Below, one piece after another: positions 30,895 through 40,282 of a stretch of 64,000 bases of DNA (its first letter is position 1; the number at the start of each line of letters is the position of its first letter). This DNA comes from a candidate division FCPU426 bacterium. Lineage in GTDB: Bacteria > Oederibacteriota > Muellerivitia > Muellerivitales > Muellerivitaceae. The stretch is from the NCBI GenBank assembly GCA_963847625.1, contig CAWKAR010000052.1:44392-108391 (forward strand), given 5' to 3'. A model generated the notes under the pieces. The model made no database searches. It was given only the letters and a program-made list of their open reading frames with translations, and had not been told where the DNA came from. A program made the translations under genes and the position numbers.

Positions 30895-31707
30895 TTGTTA
30901 CATATTCCGGAATTGATTAAAAGGAAATTCAAAATCTTCCTGAAATTCTTAGGTTTCAGTTTAGTCCGGTGCGAGTCGGATGTGACACAATTGCATGATA
31001 TTTTCACTTCGCTTCAAAACATGCGCAATCTTAGCCTAAAGCCCCAGAAAAATGAGAATCTCCGCTTTCTTGAATTTTGTCTCAATAATCTTCACCTTTC
31101 TAAAGCTCAATTGTTTCAAGATTTGTTTGTCCTATACGAATTGCATGACAAGAAAAAAGGTTTTTTCGTTGAGTTTGGCGCGACAAATGGAATCGGATGG
31201 AGCAATACGTATCTTCTAGAAAAAAAATACCAGTGGAATGGTATTCTTGCCGAGCCGGCTAAATGCTGGCACGATGATTTGAAGAAAAACAGGAGATGCA
31301 ATATCGAATTAAGATGCGTTTGGAAGAAAACTGGTGAACATTTGGAATTTAATGAGATTTCGGATCTTTCGACTATTAATTTGTTTTCCCGCGGCGATAC
31401 GCATGCTTCAACTCGCGAAAATGGCAAACGTTACATGGTGGAAACCATATCACTAAACGATTTATTGTCCTTCCACCACGCCCCAAGAAAAATCGATTAT
31501 TTATCCGTTGATACCGAGGGTTCGGAATATTCAATACTTAAAAGCTTTAATTTTGAAAAACACGAGATTTCAATTATCACGGTCGAGCATGCTTATATCA
31601 GCCCGGACAGGGAGAATATTCACTCTTTATTAAAATCTAAGGGCTATGTAAGGAAATTCGAGAACTATTCTGATTGGAATGATTGGTATATTAAAGAAAA
31701 ATTGTGA
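30895..31707 (+). CDS. FkbM family methyltransferase, low GC
   Basis: AQLFQDLFV, FVEFGATNG, WNGILAEP, IDYLSVDTEGSE, ITVEH. Confidence 0.9.
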   Translation: MLHIPELIKRKFKIFLKFLGFSLVRCESDVTQLHDIFTSLQNMRNLSLKPQKNENLRFLEFCLNNLHLSKAQLFQDLFVLYELHDKKKGFFVEFGATNGIGWSNTYLLEKKYQWNGILAEPAKCWHDDLKKNRRCNIELRCVWKKTGEHLEFNEISDLSTINLFSRGDTHASTRENGKRYMVETISLNDLLSFHHAPRKIDYLSVDTEGSEYSILKSFNFEKHEISIITVEHAYISPDRENIHSLLKSKGYVRKFENYSDWNDWYIKEKL

Positions 31708-31759
31708 TCCCTCTTTGTATCTCGTTTGAGTATGAGAACAAAATTAGGAGACGCGGAGA

Positions 31760-31909
31760 TTGCTCTTTTCATTAATCGTTTCGACTCTTCATCGCACGAT
31801 TGAGCTAACCCCGTTGTTCGAATCTATTTCCAAATAAAAACTATCGAGTTTTTCCTTGGGCGAGGTTGAGACCATCGTTGTAGACCAGAATCCGGACGAT
31901 AGTCTCTTA
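31760..31909 (+). pseudogene. N-terminal remnant of a GT2 gene paralogous to 36301..37158
   Basis: Manual translation MLFSLIVSTLHRTIELTPLFESISK*KLSSFSLGEVETIVVDQNPDDSLL aligns without gaps to MLFSLIIPTVKRTLELSRLLTSISRQKLTHLGLQDVEVIIVDQNLDERLL; in-frame TAA at 31835. Confidence 0.85.
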
Positions 31910-32661
31910 GTTTCAATTTTAGTCGATCTAATGTCTCTCTTTCTTCCCGATTATGGGAATATGTATTAGTGAAGTTTATGTTGCCTTTTTTCCTTATTGG
32001 TTATCATTCGGCAAATCTAAACGAAAAAATAATAATTAAACTTAAGAGCACGTTCTTTTTGATCCTATTGCTTCCATTAAGTTGGTTCTGTTATTCGAAA
32101 TGGAATTACAACACCAACATTTACATATCGGGAATGTTTCTCACTCCTGAAAATATTCCAACCATGGTTTTCTGTTTTGTTGCGTCTTGTTTCGCGCCCG
32201 CCGCCGCTTTTCTGGTCATTTACCGGATCTATGCTGTTTTTCCCCGTCAAATTGTCATTAATGCCGGGCCGAAAAGCATGTACCTTTACATATTGCAAAC
32301 CTACGTATTTTTTGGGGTTAGCAGGATGTCGGGTTTTGATATTTCACCGGGTTATAAGTTATTACTTTCGGCTATTGCGGCCCCTTTCATGGCTGTGATG
32401 ATCGTTTATATTCTTTTGAGATTCAGCTCGTTCATTGAGAAAAGACCTTTATTGGCATTATGCTATTTCGGCAGATTAAAAAAAAGAGAATGGACACCGT
32501 CGAATAAACAAGGGGCAAAATCGCCTCGGTGCGGAAAACCCGCCTTGGGGAAAGCCTGCGGCGGGCTCGGGGTTCATTTTGTTGTGATGAGTTGCTTTCC
32601 GCCACCGGCAGTAAATTCTAACTGTTATTTGCTATCTATTATTGCTCATTCTTTGCTGTAA
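31910..32661 (+). pseudogene. C-terminal remnant of a membrane acyltransferase (acyltransferase-3/OafA-like)
   Basis: Hydrophobic helices with KFMLPFFLIGY and GPKSMYLYILQ; N-terminal half missing; apparent frameshift near 31967; tail after about 32500 looks like read-through. Confidence 0.6.
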
Positions 32662-32720
32662 ACTGTCTCCTGCTTTGCCGTCTCTATTTTCCGCCGCCGT
32701 CGGGTGGCCTGGGGTTCATT

Positions 32721-34049
32721 TTGAAATCCGATCAAAAACCGTCCGTTTCCGGCGATATATTCCTGACCGAGATATTCGCCAGCATCCTCTCGCGCAGGAA
32801 AATCCTGGGCCAGGCCGGAATCATGGCGGGCGCACGCGTTTTAGGCATGGTTTTCGGCTTTATCGGGTCCGTTTACGCCATCCGGTGCCTGGGCGCCCGC
32901 AACCTGGGCCTCTCCGGCATGGTCCAGAACATCGTCGCCCAGGGGTCCATCGTGTTGGGCGTCATTTATTTCACGGTGCTCGTGCGGGAGTACAAGAACT
33001 CCCCCGATGACGAGTCCCGCAACCGGCTTATCCGCGTGTCCACAACTTTTCGGCTGGCGGGCTCGCTGGTTTTTTGCGCCGTGGGTGCGGTGGTCATGGG
33101 TTTACGTCTCGTCCCGGCCGATTACCACTTCGCCGGGTGGTTTTTCATCCCCCTGTTGTTGTTGGGCACCCTCCAGCCCGCGTGGGTTTTCCAGGCCGCC
33201 GAGAAACAACACTTGCAATCCATGATCTCGGTGCTACAGCCCGGATTGACGGCGGCCTTGTACATCTGCCTGTTCAAACCGGGCATGTCCGCCGGGGCCG
33301 ATCTTGCGGTGATTTCCTCCGTGACCGCTGTCTTGACGTTTATCTATTGGAGGGCGGTTTACAGCCTCACGCCGATGAAAGGAAGCTTCTTGAACCTCCG
33401 GGGCTTTAAAAAAGCCTGGGAACTCATCCTTCAATCGCGCTGGCTTTTCGCGGCCAGCATCGCCATCTACGTTTTCACAACCCTCGAGCAGCCGCTTTTG
33501 GGCTGGCTTTCCTCGGTGGAGGAACTCGGGAAATACATGTCGGCCGTCAAGGTGATGAACATCGCCGCGGGGTTTTTCGGGATCGTCTCCACCATCCTTT
33601 ACCCGCGGTTCATTGAGTGGCAAAAAATCGGGGAGGAGGTTCTCTGGAGGCGGCAGTTGAAATTATTCGTCCTTTTCGGCGTGGGTGGCGGCCTGGCCTG
33701 CCTCTTGGGTTTTTTCCTCATTCCCTTTTTCTACACGATGGTATTCGGAAAGGTGTTCACGCAGGCGGGGTTCCCCTGCGCGATCCTTGTGACCTCGAAA
33801 TTCGTGGCGACCCTGGGCGGCGTTTTTTATTGGGGCCTGCTGACGAAGTCGCGGTACGATAGGTTTACCACGCTCGTGCTCATCGGTGTGTCGATCCCCT
33901 CTTTCCTGGCCAACTACCTCCTCATCCCGAGATGGGGCATGCTCACGGCTTCCTCGGTGAACCTGGCGAGCGAGACGCTTTTGGCGCTGGTTTGGGCCGC
34001 GGCTTCCTGGGTACGGATCCGCCAGTTCCGGAACCAGGGGAAGGTTTAA
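32721..34049 (+). CDS. second Wzx-type flippase, high GC
   Basis: Many TM helices, IRCLGARNLG, WVFQAAEK, ELGKYMSA, NYLLIPRWGMLTAS. Confidence 0.85.
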   Translation: MKSDQKPSVSGDIFLTEIFASILSRRKILGQAGIMAGARVLGMVFGFIGSVYAIRCLGARNLGLSGMVQNIVAQGSIVLGVIYFTVLVREYKNSPDDESRNRLIRVSTTFRLAGSLVFCAVGAVVMGLRLVPADYHFAGWFFIPLLLLGTLQPAWVFQAAEKQHLQSMISVLQPGLTAALYICLFKPGMSAGADLAVISSVTAVLTFIYWRAVYSLTPMKGSFLNLRGFKKAWELILQSRWLFAASIAIYVFTTLEQPLLGWLSSVEELGKYMSAVKVMNIAAGFFGIVSTILYPRFIEWQKIGEEVLWRRQLKLFVLFGVGGGLACLLGFFLIPFFYTMVFGKVFTQAGFPCAILVTSKFVATLGGVFYWGLLTKSRYDRFTTLVLIGVSIPSFLANYLLIPRWGMLTASSVNLASETLLALVWAAASWVRIRQFRNQGKV

Positions 34050-34053
34050 ACCC

Positions 34054-35178
34054 GTGATAAAACTAATCGCGCGGGTCCTCCGCAAGTTCCTCGCCCTCAC
34101 AAGGCCGTTGTTCCTTTGGAACCCGGTCCGCGTGTTTTATGTCGGGCTGTCGCAGGGCCGAAGCCTCGCGCGGAACCACCCCCCCGGGTGTCGCCGCTTG
34201 ATCGTGTTCCTGACCTACCCGTACGATACCGTCACCGGGGGCGTGCTTTCCCTCGTTTCCCTGCACGAGGAGACGGCGAAACTGAGAAAAATCCACGGCG
34301 CCGAGGTACTGCTGTGCACCCTGCCGGGCGATCCCCCGCTCCTCAAATACACGAAATTCAAAAATCAGGCCCAGGTATACCCGCTTAATGGGGTCCTGCG
34401 ACATTTCGGGAACGCCGAGAGCCTGATGGTGCACATCCCGGAGTACGCCGTGGGAAAATTCCTGGAGACCTGCTCCCCCTCCAAACTGCCCTGCTTGGGG
34501 AAGATCAAGGACCTGCGGCTGAATGTCCTGCTCCAGAACATCGACATGATGGCCTTCGGGGAGCCCGTCAAGAGGCTCGGAGAAATGGGGAAAGTGACGG
34601 CCACGACCGTCCACCGTTCCTACACCACCCCGGCCGTCCGTAAAAAATTCGGGTATCCGATCCAAAGGTTCTCGGTTTTCGTCAGTCCCGAGCAGTATGC
34701 AAGGAAGTCCTACGCGTCGAAGGAAAACCTGATGATCGTTTCCCCGGACCCCCATCTGCGCAAAAAGGAAATACTCGCGAAAATATCGGAAACCCTGCCG
34801 GGCCTGGGGCTCTTGGTGATCGAGAACATGACCTATGAAAAGTACAAGGCGGCCGTCTCCAGGGCCAAGTGGGCCCTGACCTTCGGGGAGGGTTTGGACA
34901 ATTACCTGGTGGAGCCGGCGTTCAGCGGCGGGATCGGGTTCAGCGTCTTCAACCCCCGTTTTTTCACCCGAGAGTTCAAGGGTCTGCGGACCATTTACCC
35001 GGATTACGATTCGCTTCACGCGTCCATTTGCGGGGATATAATGAAATTAGACAATCCCCGTTCTTACTCGGATTACCAAGATATTTTGTTCAAGCAGTGC
35101 GCGAAACATTATGATTTCCGAGAGTACCAGGCTAATTTACTGAGATTCTACCAGAAATATTTCCCGGCCGTGAAATGA
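34054..35178 (+). CDS. hypothetical protein, possibly a divergent GT-B glycosyltransferase
   Basis: TGGVLS loop near the N-terminus and FGEGLDNYLVEPAFSG resembling the GT-B donor-binding segment; cluster context. Confidence 0.55.
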   Translation: MIKLIARVLRKFLALTRPLFLWNPVRVFYVGLSQGRSLARNHPPGCRRLIVFLTYPYDTVTGGVLSLVSLHEETAKLRKIHGAEVLLCTLPGDPPLLKYTKFKNQAQVYPLNGVLRHFGNAESLMVHIPEYAVGKFLETCSPSKLPCLGKIKDLRLNVLLQNIDMMAFGEPVKRLGEMGKVTATTVHRSYTTPAVRKKFGYPIQRFSVFVSPEQYARKSYASKENLMIVSPDPHLRKKEILAKISETLPGLGLLVIENMTYEKYKAAVSRAKWALTFGEGLDNYLVEPAFSGGIGFSVFNPRFFTREFKGLRTIYPDYDSLHASICGDIMKLDNPRSYSDYQDILFKQCAKHYDFREYQANLLRFYQKYFPAVK

Positions 35179-35221
35179 CGGGTGTCTGCCCCAAAACCTG
35201 AAACAAGGAACTTTCCTGAAA

Positions 35222-36202
35222 ATGGCAAAAAAAGCGCCGCCGGTCAGCGTCTTGACCACCGTCTACAACGGAGAGAAATTCCTGGGGGAAACGATCCAAA
35301 GCGTCCTGGGCCAGACCTTCCAGGATTTCGAGTACATCATCATCAACGACGGTTCGACTGATTCCTCCGATTCGATCATCCGGTCCTTCCGGAAAAAAGA
35401 CAAACGCATCAGATATTTTTGCCAAAAAAACCGGGGCATCGCCTGGTCGAAAAACCGGGGCGTGAAAATCGCGCGAGGAAAATACATTGCCTTTCTCGAT
35501 CAGGATGACATCGCATATCCTAACCGCCTGGCCGTCCAGCTAGAATACCTGTCCCGGCATCGCGGGACCGCCGTGATCGGCTCTTTCTACGATTTGATCG
35601 ACGACAAGGGCCGGAAATTCAATACGGTCACCCTCCCGACGAAGCATGAGGCCATTTACAAAGACAACCTCCTTGAGGGGATCAACGTCATTTGCCCCTG
35701 TACCATTATGGCCGATGTTAAAGAAATCCGTTCAGTCGGCAATTTCGACCAAGCCCTCGAGCCCGCGGACGATTACGACCTGTGGCTGAAGTTGGGCCGG
35801 CAACATAAAATCCGGATTCTTGACCAGGTCCTGGGGGCCTACCGGTACCATTCGAAGAACACGACGGACGTCCAGGCGGGATTGATCGAATACAAGCGAT
35901 GGGAGGCCTGTGTCAAGGAAAGGCGGTTCCAAAAACTGGAAAACGTCCCCCGCGGTTTCGTTGATTTTTCCCCGAAACCGGTCCCCAATATCCGGCGTTT
36001 GAGCCAATTCGCTTTAAAGGGGAGGCATTGGAAACTTTCTCTGGAATACGGGATGAAACAGCTTTTATCCACGCCATGGAGCCTTAGCACCTGGGCTTTT
36101 TGTTTTCTCGCCGGTTTGGGGCTTTTAGGTGTGCCCTCCGGGGCCATAGGAAAGTTTTATAAATTTTGCAAATGGATTATAAAAAAGAACCAAAATAGTT
36201 AG
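35222..36202 (+). CDS. GT2 glycosyltransferase
   Basis: VSVLTTVYNGE, INDGSTD, YIAFLDQDD, DDYDLWL. Confidence 0.92.
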   Translation: MAKKAPPVSVLTTVYNGEKFLGETIQSVLGQTFQDFEYIIINDGSTDSSDSIIRSFRKKDKRIRYFCQKNRGIAWSKNRGVKIARGKYIAFLDQDDIAYPNRLAVQLEYLSRHRGTAVIGSFYDLIDDKGRKFNTVTLPTKHEAIYKDNLLEGINVICPCTIMADVKEIRSVGNFDQALEPADDYDLWLKLGRQHKIRILDQVLGAYRYHSKNTTDVQAGLIEYKRWEACVKERRFQKLENVPRGFVDFSPKPVPNIRRLSQFALKGRHWKLSLEYGMKQLLSTPWSLSTWAFCFLAGLGLLGVPSGAIGKFYKFCKWIIKKNQNS

Positions 36203-36300
36203 AAATTCTTAATTCGATTGGTGAAAATTGACTTCTCAATGGCTGCTTCTGGATGTGAGAACTCTTTTAGAAAATTCGAGTTAAATAGGAGAAGTGGGCA

Positions 36301-37158
36301 TTGCTCTTTTCTTTAATTATACCAACGGTAAAAAGAACTCTCGAATTAAGCCGTTTATTGACCTCCATTTCCCGGCAAAAGTTGACACACCTGGGCCTTC
36401 AAGATGTCGAGGTCATCATCGTGGATCAGAATTTGGATGAAAGATTGTTAGAAGTGGTGGAGCCTTTTCGGAAGCTTTTGAATATCGTGCGGATAACCGC
36501 GCCCTCCTTGGGCCAATCCAACGCCAAAAATACCGGAATTGAAGTTCTTACGGGAAAATATGTCACATTCCCGGATGACGATTGCTTTTATGCTGAGGAC
36601 ACCCTTGAAAAGGCTTTTCTGGCTTTTGAAGAATCCAACGACCGATGCGCGATTTTTGGGCGGTGTCAGGACCTTGATTCCAAGAAATATTTACTGAAAT
36701 ATCCTAGGAAAAAAAAGATGATTTTTAGACCAAAAGATCCGTCAGTGTTCCTGGGCTTGCAAATCGCCCAATTTTACACGGAGGATATGGTGAGGGCGGT
36801 GGGGAATTTCGACGTTAAATTTTGCAGCGGCGGCAAATGGGGCTCGGGGGAAGAGACGGATTTCGCTATTCGTTGCTTGAAAAAAGGGTTTCCGATCCAA
36901 TTTAGGCCCGATATTCTGGTTTGCCATCCGTTGGTAATACCGGAAACCATGGAAAAAGCAAAACTCAAAAAATACGCGATTGGTTTCGGGGCCCTTTGTC
37001 GTAAACACGGCTTAGTTTCCATGTTGATTTGGAAAACCATCAAACAATGGGTTGGAATGGTTTTCTTTTTTTGTCTTGGGAAATGGGGCAAAACCCACTG
37101 TTGTTGGATTATTTCCATTCACCGGTTAGAAGGGTATTGGCAATACTCAGAAGAATAG
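36301..37158 (+). CDS. GT2 glycosyltransferase
   Basis: SLIIPT, IIVDQN, FPDDDC, GSGEETD. Confidence 0.9.
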   Translation: MLFSLIIPTVKRTLELSRLLTSISRQKLTHLGLQDVEVIIVDQNLDERLLEVVEPFRKLLNIVRITAPSLGQSNAKNTGIEVLTGKYVTFPDDDCFYAEDTLEKAFLAFEESNDRCAIFGRCQDLDSKKYLLKYPRKKKMIFRPKDPSVFLGLQIAQFYTEDMVRAVGNFDVKFCSGGKWGSGEETDFAIRCLKKGFPIQFRPDILVCHPLVIPETMEKAKLKKYAIGFGALCRKHGLVSMLIWKTIKQWVGMVFFFCLGKWGKTHCCWIISIHRLEGYWQYSEE

Positions 37159-37275
37159 ATTCCTCCCCACATTCCGATAAACCTAAGGCTAGGGGACATT
37201 TCCGGTTGTCAATTGATCGATTGTTGATTGCTTCTTTTCTGATATAGATCATAAACACGAGAGATGATTAGTGGC

Positions 37276-38661
37276 TTAACGCTTGGAAATTAGTTTGACT
37301 GAAAATAGTTGGCCATTCACTGGCCATGATTTAAGTACTTTTTCTGAAAAGCCGAAACGACCCCAATCCTTTAATTGGTTTGGGAAATTCCGAAAATGGT
37401 CATCCTCAATTAAATAGAAATCGGTCAAGCCCAATTTCTGGAAGTCCCCTGAATATTCAAGGGAATAGAAGTCCCGGTCATAAAAGGCAAACCATTCGTT
37501 AGGCCCCCCTAAAATGGGAAGATTGTCCCTCGGGACGACGGATTTCATCTCCCTTATTTGCTCATTCAAATCAAAAGTATGGTTTAAATGGTAGACGAAA
37601 ATGTATTGGGGAATGTAGAGGATCAGGAAAAGAAATATCGCGTTTTTCAAGGAGCTCCAAACTTCAAAAACCCTCAAGATCAACAATAGCAGTGCGGGAT
37701 AAATGAAAACGATGTAATGCATATTGGGGCGCATAACCACTAATGTAAAGACAAGAAGAACTGCCAAGAAATAATTGAGAAGCCGATTCTCCTTGTAAAT
37801 TTTCTTGGTCCAATAGATCCAGGCGGAAAACAAAATCAAGATCAATTCCGGGATGTGGCGGCCGTATTTGGTCTTAAAGAAATATTCATAAACGAAGTTG
37901 TTGATCTGTCCGTGCAGAAGGATATTTCCCTCGGCGAGTATATGCGGAACGCGGCTAAGGGTTCCCGAATGAAGTGAGACGTAATAAAAGCTTCCTAGCA
38001 AGAAACCGAAGGCGGGGAAGACTATTTTTTTCCATAGGCCATGTCTTGAAAAAGGACTAGAGGGCAGTGAGGATAAAGCTTGAACGGATATATAGAAGAA
38101 AGCGATGATCCCCAAGGGATGGGATTCGAATGCGATCCATGCGGATACCATGGCATAAAAATAGAGCCGACTCGTACTGAACCAGAGAGAAGCTGTAACC
38201 AAAAAAAACACGAAGGCGTCATATCGGGCGGAATTGGCGATAGTAAAAAAAGGATCCAATAAAAGCATGGATGTTCCGAAGGAGAGGGCTAGATCGCGGC
38301 TGTACTTCATCCGCAGCAGGATGGAAACCCAAAGGGGAATGGATAAAAACAGGAAAAAGGTTGAAGTGATATGGGCGTTGCTTTTGGTCCAACCGATGCG
38401 GTCCAAAGCGGTTCCGATGATCAAGGCTGGGGTTTTACCGAAGAATTGCATTCCTGCCGCGGTATAACCCATGTACCGATCGCAGGAAATGCCATGATGA
38501 AGATAATTGTAATAAAAAGAGAGAACCCAGGGATCGTCCGTATCTTCAACCCGATACTTGCAGTGAAGCGCCATGTAAACTGAAAGAGAGATAACCGCGT
38601 ATAGAATTAAAAAGGCCTTAAAATTTTTAAAAGGGGAAAGGGATTGGTGTTGGTTCAACAA
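37276..38661 (-). CDS. polytopic membrane protein, probable GT-C fold (ArnT/Gtr-type) glycosyltransferase
   Basis: First TM helix followed by acidic loop EDTDD, ARYD and SHP motifs, about 10 or more TM helices, soluble C-terminus. Confidence 0.65.
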   Translation of the reverse strand: MLNQHQSLSPFKNFKAFLILYAVISLSVYMALHCKYRVEDTDDPWVLSFYYNYLHHGISCDRYMGYTAAGMQFFGKTPALIIGTALDRIGWTKSNAHITSTFFLFLSIPLWVSILLRMKYSRDLALSFGTSMLLLDPFFTIANSARYDAFVFFLVTASLWFSTSRLYFYAMVSAWIAFESHPLGIIAFFYISVQALSSLPSSPFSRHGLWKKIVFPAFGFLLGSFYYVSLHSGTLSRVPHILAEGNILLHGQINNFVYEYFFKTKYGRHIPELILILFSAWIYWTKKIYKENRLLNYFLAVLLVFTLVVMRPNMHYIVFIYPALLLLILRVFEVWSSLKNAIFLFLILYIPQYIFVYHLNHTFDLNEQIREMKSVVPRDNLPILGGPNEWFAFYDRDFYSLEYSGDFQKLGLTDFYLIEDDHFRNFPNQLKDWGRFGFSEKVLKSWPVNGQLFSVKLISKR

Positions 38662-39080
38662 GGGATGAGCGCCTTGGGGAAAGGTTTCATTCTGAAACGA
38701 ATTTTACTATATTTAACTAAAGGTTTGTGGATATTTGGCGGAAAAGGGAAAGCTATCCAAACACTTACGATTAATGTTTATAAGTTGAGGGCCACCGGTA
38801 TCCCCCTTTGTGGTTTTTGAAATGATGGATAGTACGAAACTTAAAAATCCGCCACCGGTTTTGGCGAGCTTTGACGTCAACAGAGACTTTAGGGTTTGGC
38901 TTTTTGGAAGTTCCTCAAACAATTCGTCGGTATATTCTTTTTTGCGTTTAAATGGGGCATCAAAGGTTCGGCTGATTGCTGGGTGATCGCTTTCTCGAGG
39001 CAGGAGCGATTATTAAAATATGGTAGTAAAAATGTTTTAGGAATTACTCACCCAATATCCATTTCGATTATGAGGTTCTA

Positions 39081-40160
39081 ATGACAATGATCGCCATTGA
39101 TGTGCGCATGTTCCGTTCTTCCGGAATAGGTTCCTATATCAGGAACTTGGTTCCTAGGGTTATCATGAACCTGTCGGACATTCGGTTTATCTTAATAGGG
39201 CCGATATTGGAGATGGAAGGTTGGGAAGGTGTTCAACGAAAGAATGTGGCCTTGGTTGAATGCCATGCGCCCATTTATTCGGTTTCGGAGCAAATAGCCC
39301 TCCTAAGAGCTATCCCCGGGGATTGTAGCTTGTTTTGGTCACCGCATTATAACATCCCGCTTTTATATCATGGCCCCCTGATGGTCACCGTTCACGATGT
39401 ATTTCACCTAGCCAATCCCCAATGGGTGGGCGGGTTTCACCGGCGATGGTACGCAAAAATGATGTTTGGGCAGGTCGCAAAAAGAAGCCAGGCTATCATA
39501 TGCGTGTCTGGATTCACGAAAACCGAATTAACCAATCGGATTCCTGTGGATGGAAGAAAAATCCGGATGATTCATAATGGCGTGGACACCGATTGGTTCA
39601 TTAAGACGAAGGCCAAACCCCGAAGGCCCTATCTTCTTTATGTGGGGAACCTCAAGCCCCATAAAAATTTAAAAGGTTTGCTGGAAGCCTTTAGGATCCT
39701 TCAAGACCAGATTCCCCATGAACTCTTGATCGCGGGGAAAAAGGATGGTCTTCGCTCAGCGGATTGGGAAGGTCTGCAAAAAATGGATGATTTCGGGAAA
39801 AGAGTACGTTACCTGGGAGAGGTGGAGGAATTGGAATTACGGCGATTATACGGGGGAGCGTCGGCCCTGGTTTTCCCGTCCTTCTATGAGGGGTTCGGTT
39901 TGCCACCCCTGGAGGCTATGGCGGCTGGGTGCCCGGTCGTCGCTTCCAATGCGGCCTCGCTCCCTGAAGTCTGCTCGGATGCGGCTTTGTTTTTCGACCC
40001 CAACGATGTAAAGGATATGGCAAGGTGTATTTTACGCATTTTGAAGGAGCCGTTCTTAAGGTCCGTTATTCGGAAAAAAGGGAAGCAACGGGCTCGGCAG
40101 TTTTCATGGGATAAAAGCGCCAAAAAAACAATTGATGTCATCAAATCCTCTCTTCGTTGA
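39081..40160 (+). CDS. GT4 glycosyltransferase (MtfB/WbpY-like)
   Basis: SGIGSY, TVHDV, VGNLKPHKN, PSFYEGFGLPPLEAMAAGCPV. Confidence 0.93.
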   Translation: MTMIAIDVRMFRSSGIGSYIRNLVPRVIMNLSDIRFILIGPILEMEGWEGVQRKNVALVECHAPIYSVSEQIALLRAIPGDCSLFWSPHYNIPLLYHGPLMVTVHDVFHLANPQWVGGFHRRWYAKMMFGQVAKRSQAIICVSGFTKTELTNRIPVDGRKIRMIHNGVDTDWFIKTKAKPRRPYLLYVGNLKPHKNLKGLLEAFRILQDQIPHELLIAGKKDGLRSADWEGLQKMDDFGKRVRYLGEVEELELRRLYGGASALVFPSFYEGFGLPPLEAMAAGCPVVASNAASLPEVCSDAALFFDPNDVKDMARCILRILKEPFLRSVIRKKGKQRARQFSWDKSAKKTIDVIKSSLR

Positions 40161-40282
40161 AAGGATTTTAATAGGGTGTTGTGGAAGTAATGAAGAGGAT
40201 TTCCCTTTATTCATTTTGGCAGAGGGCAGTTAACATCTTCTCCCTTTAAAACAGCTATCCTGAAAGTATACTGATTAGGTGT

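Noticed and set aside
34063..35019. Long antisense ORFs (318 aa here; also 50064..50945, 55617..56243, 3001..3660 and others)
   Set aside because: They are shadows of coherent + strand genes, often in GC-rich DNA, with no recognisable motifs.
38713..39081. Short ORFs (69 aa minus, 61 aa plus) between the GT-C-like gene and GT4
   Set aside because: No RBS or recognisable motif; more likely a divergent promoter region.
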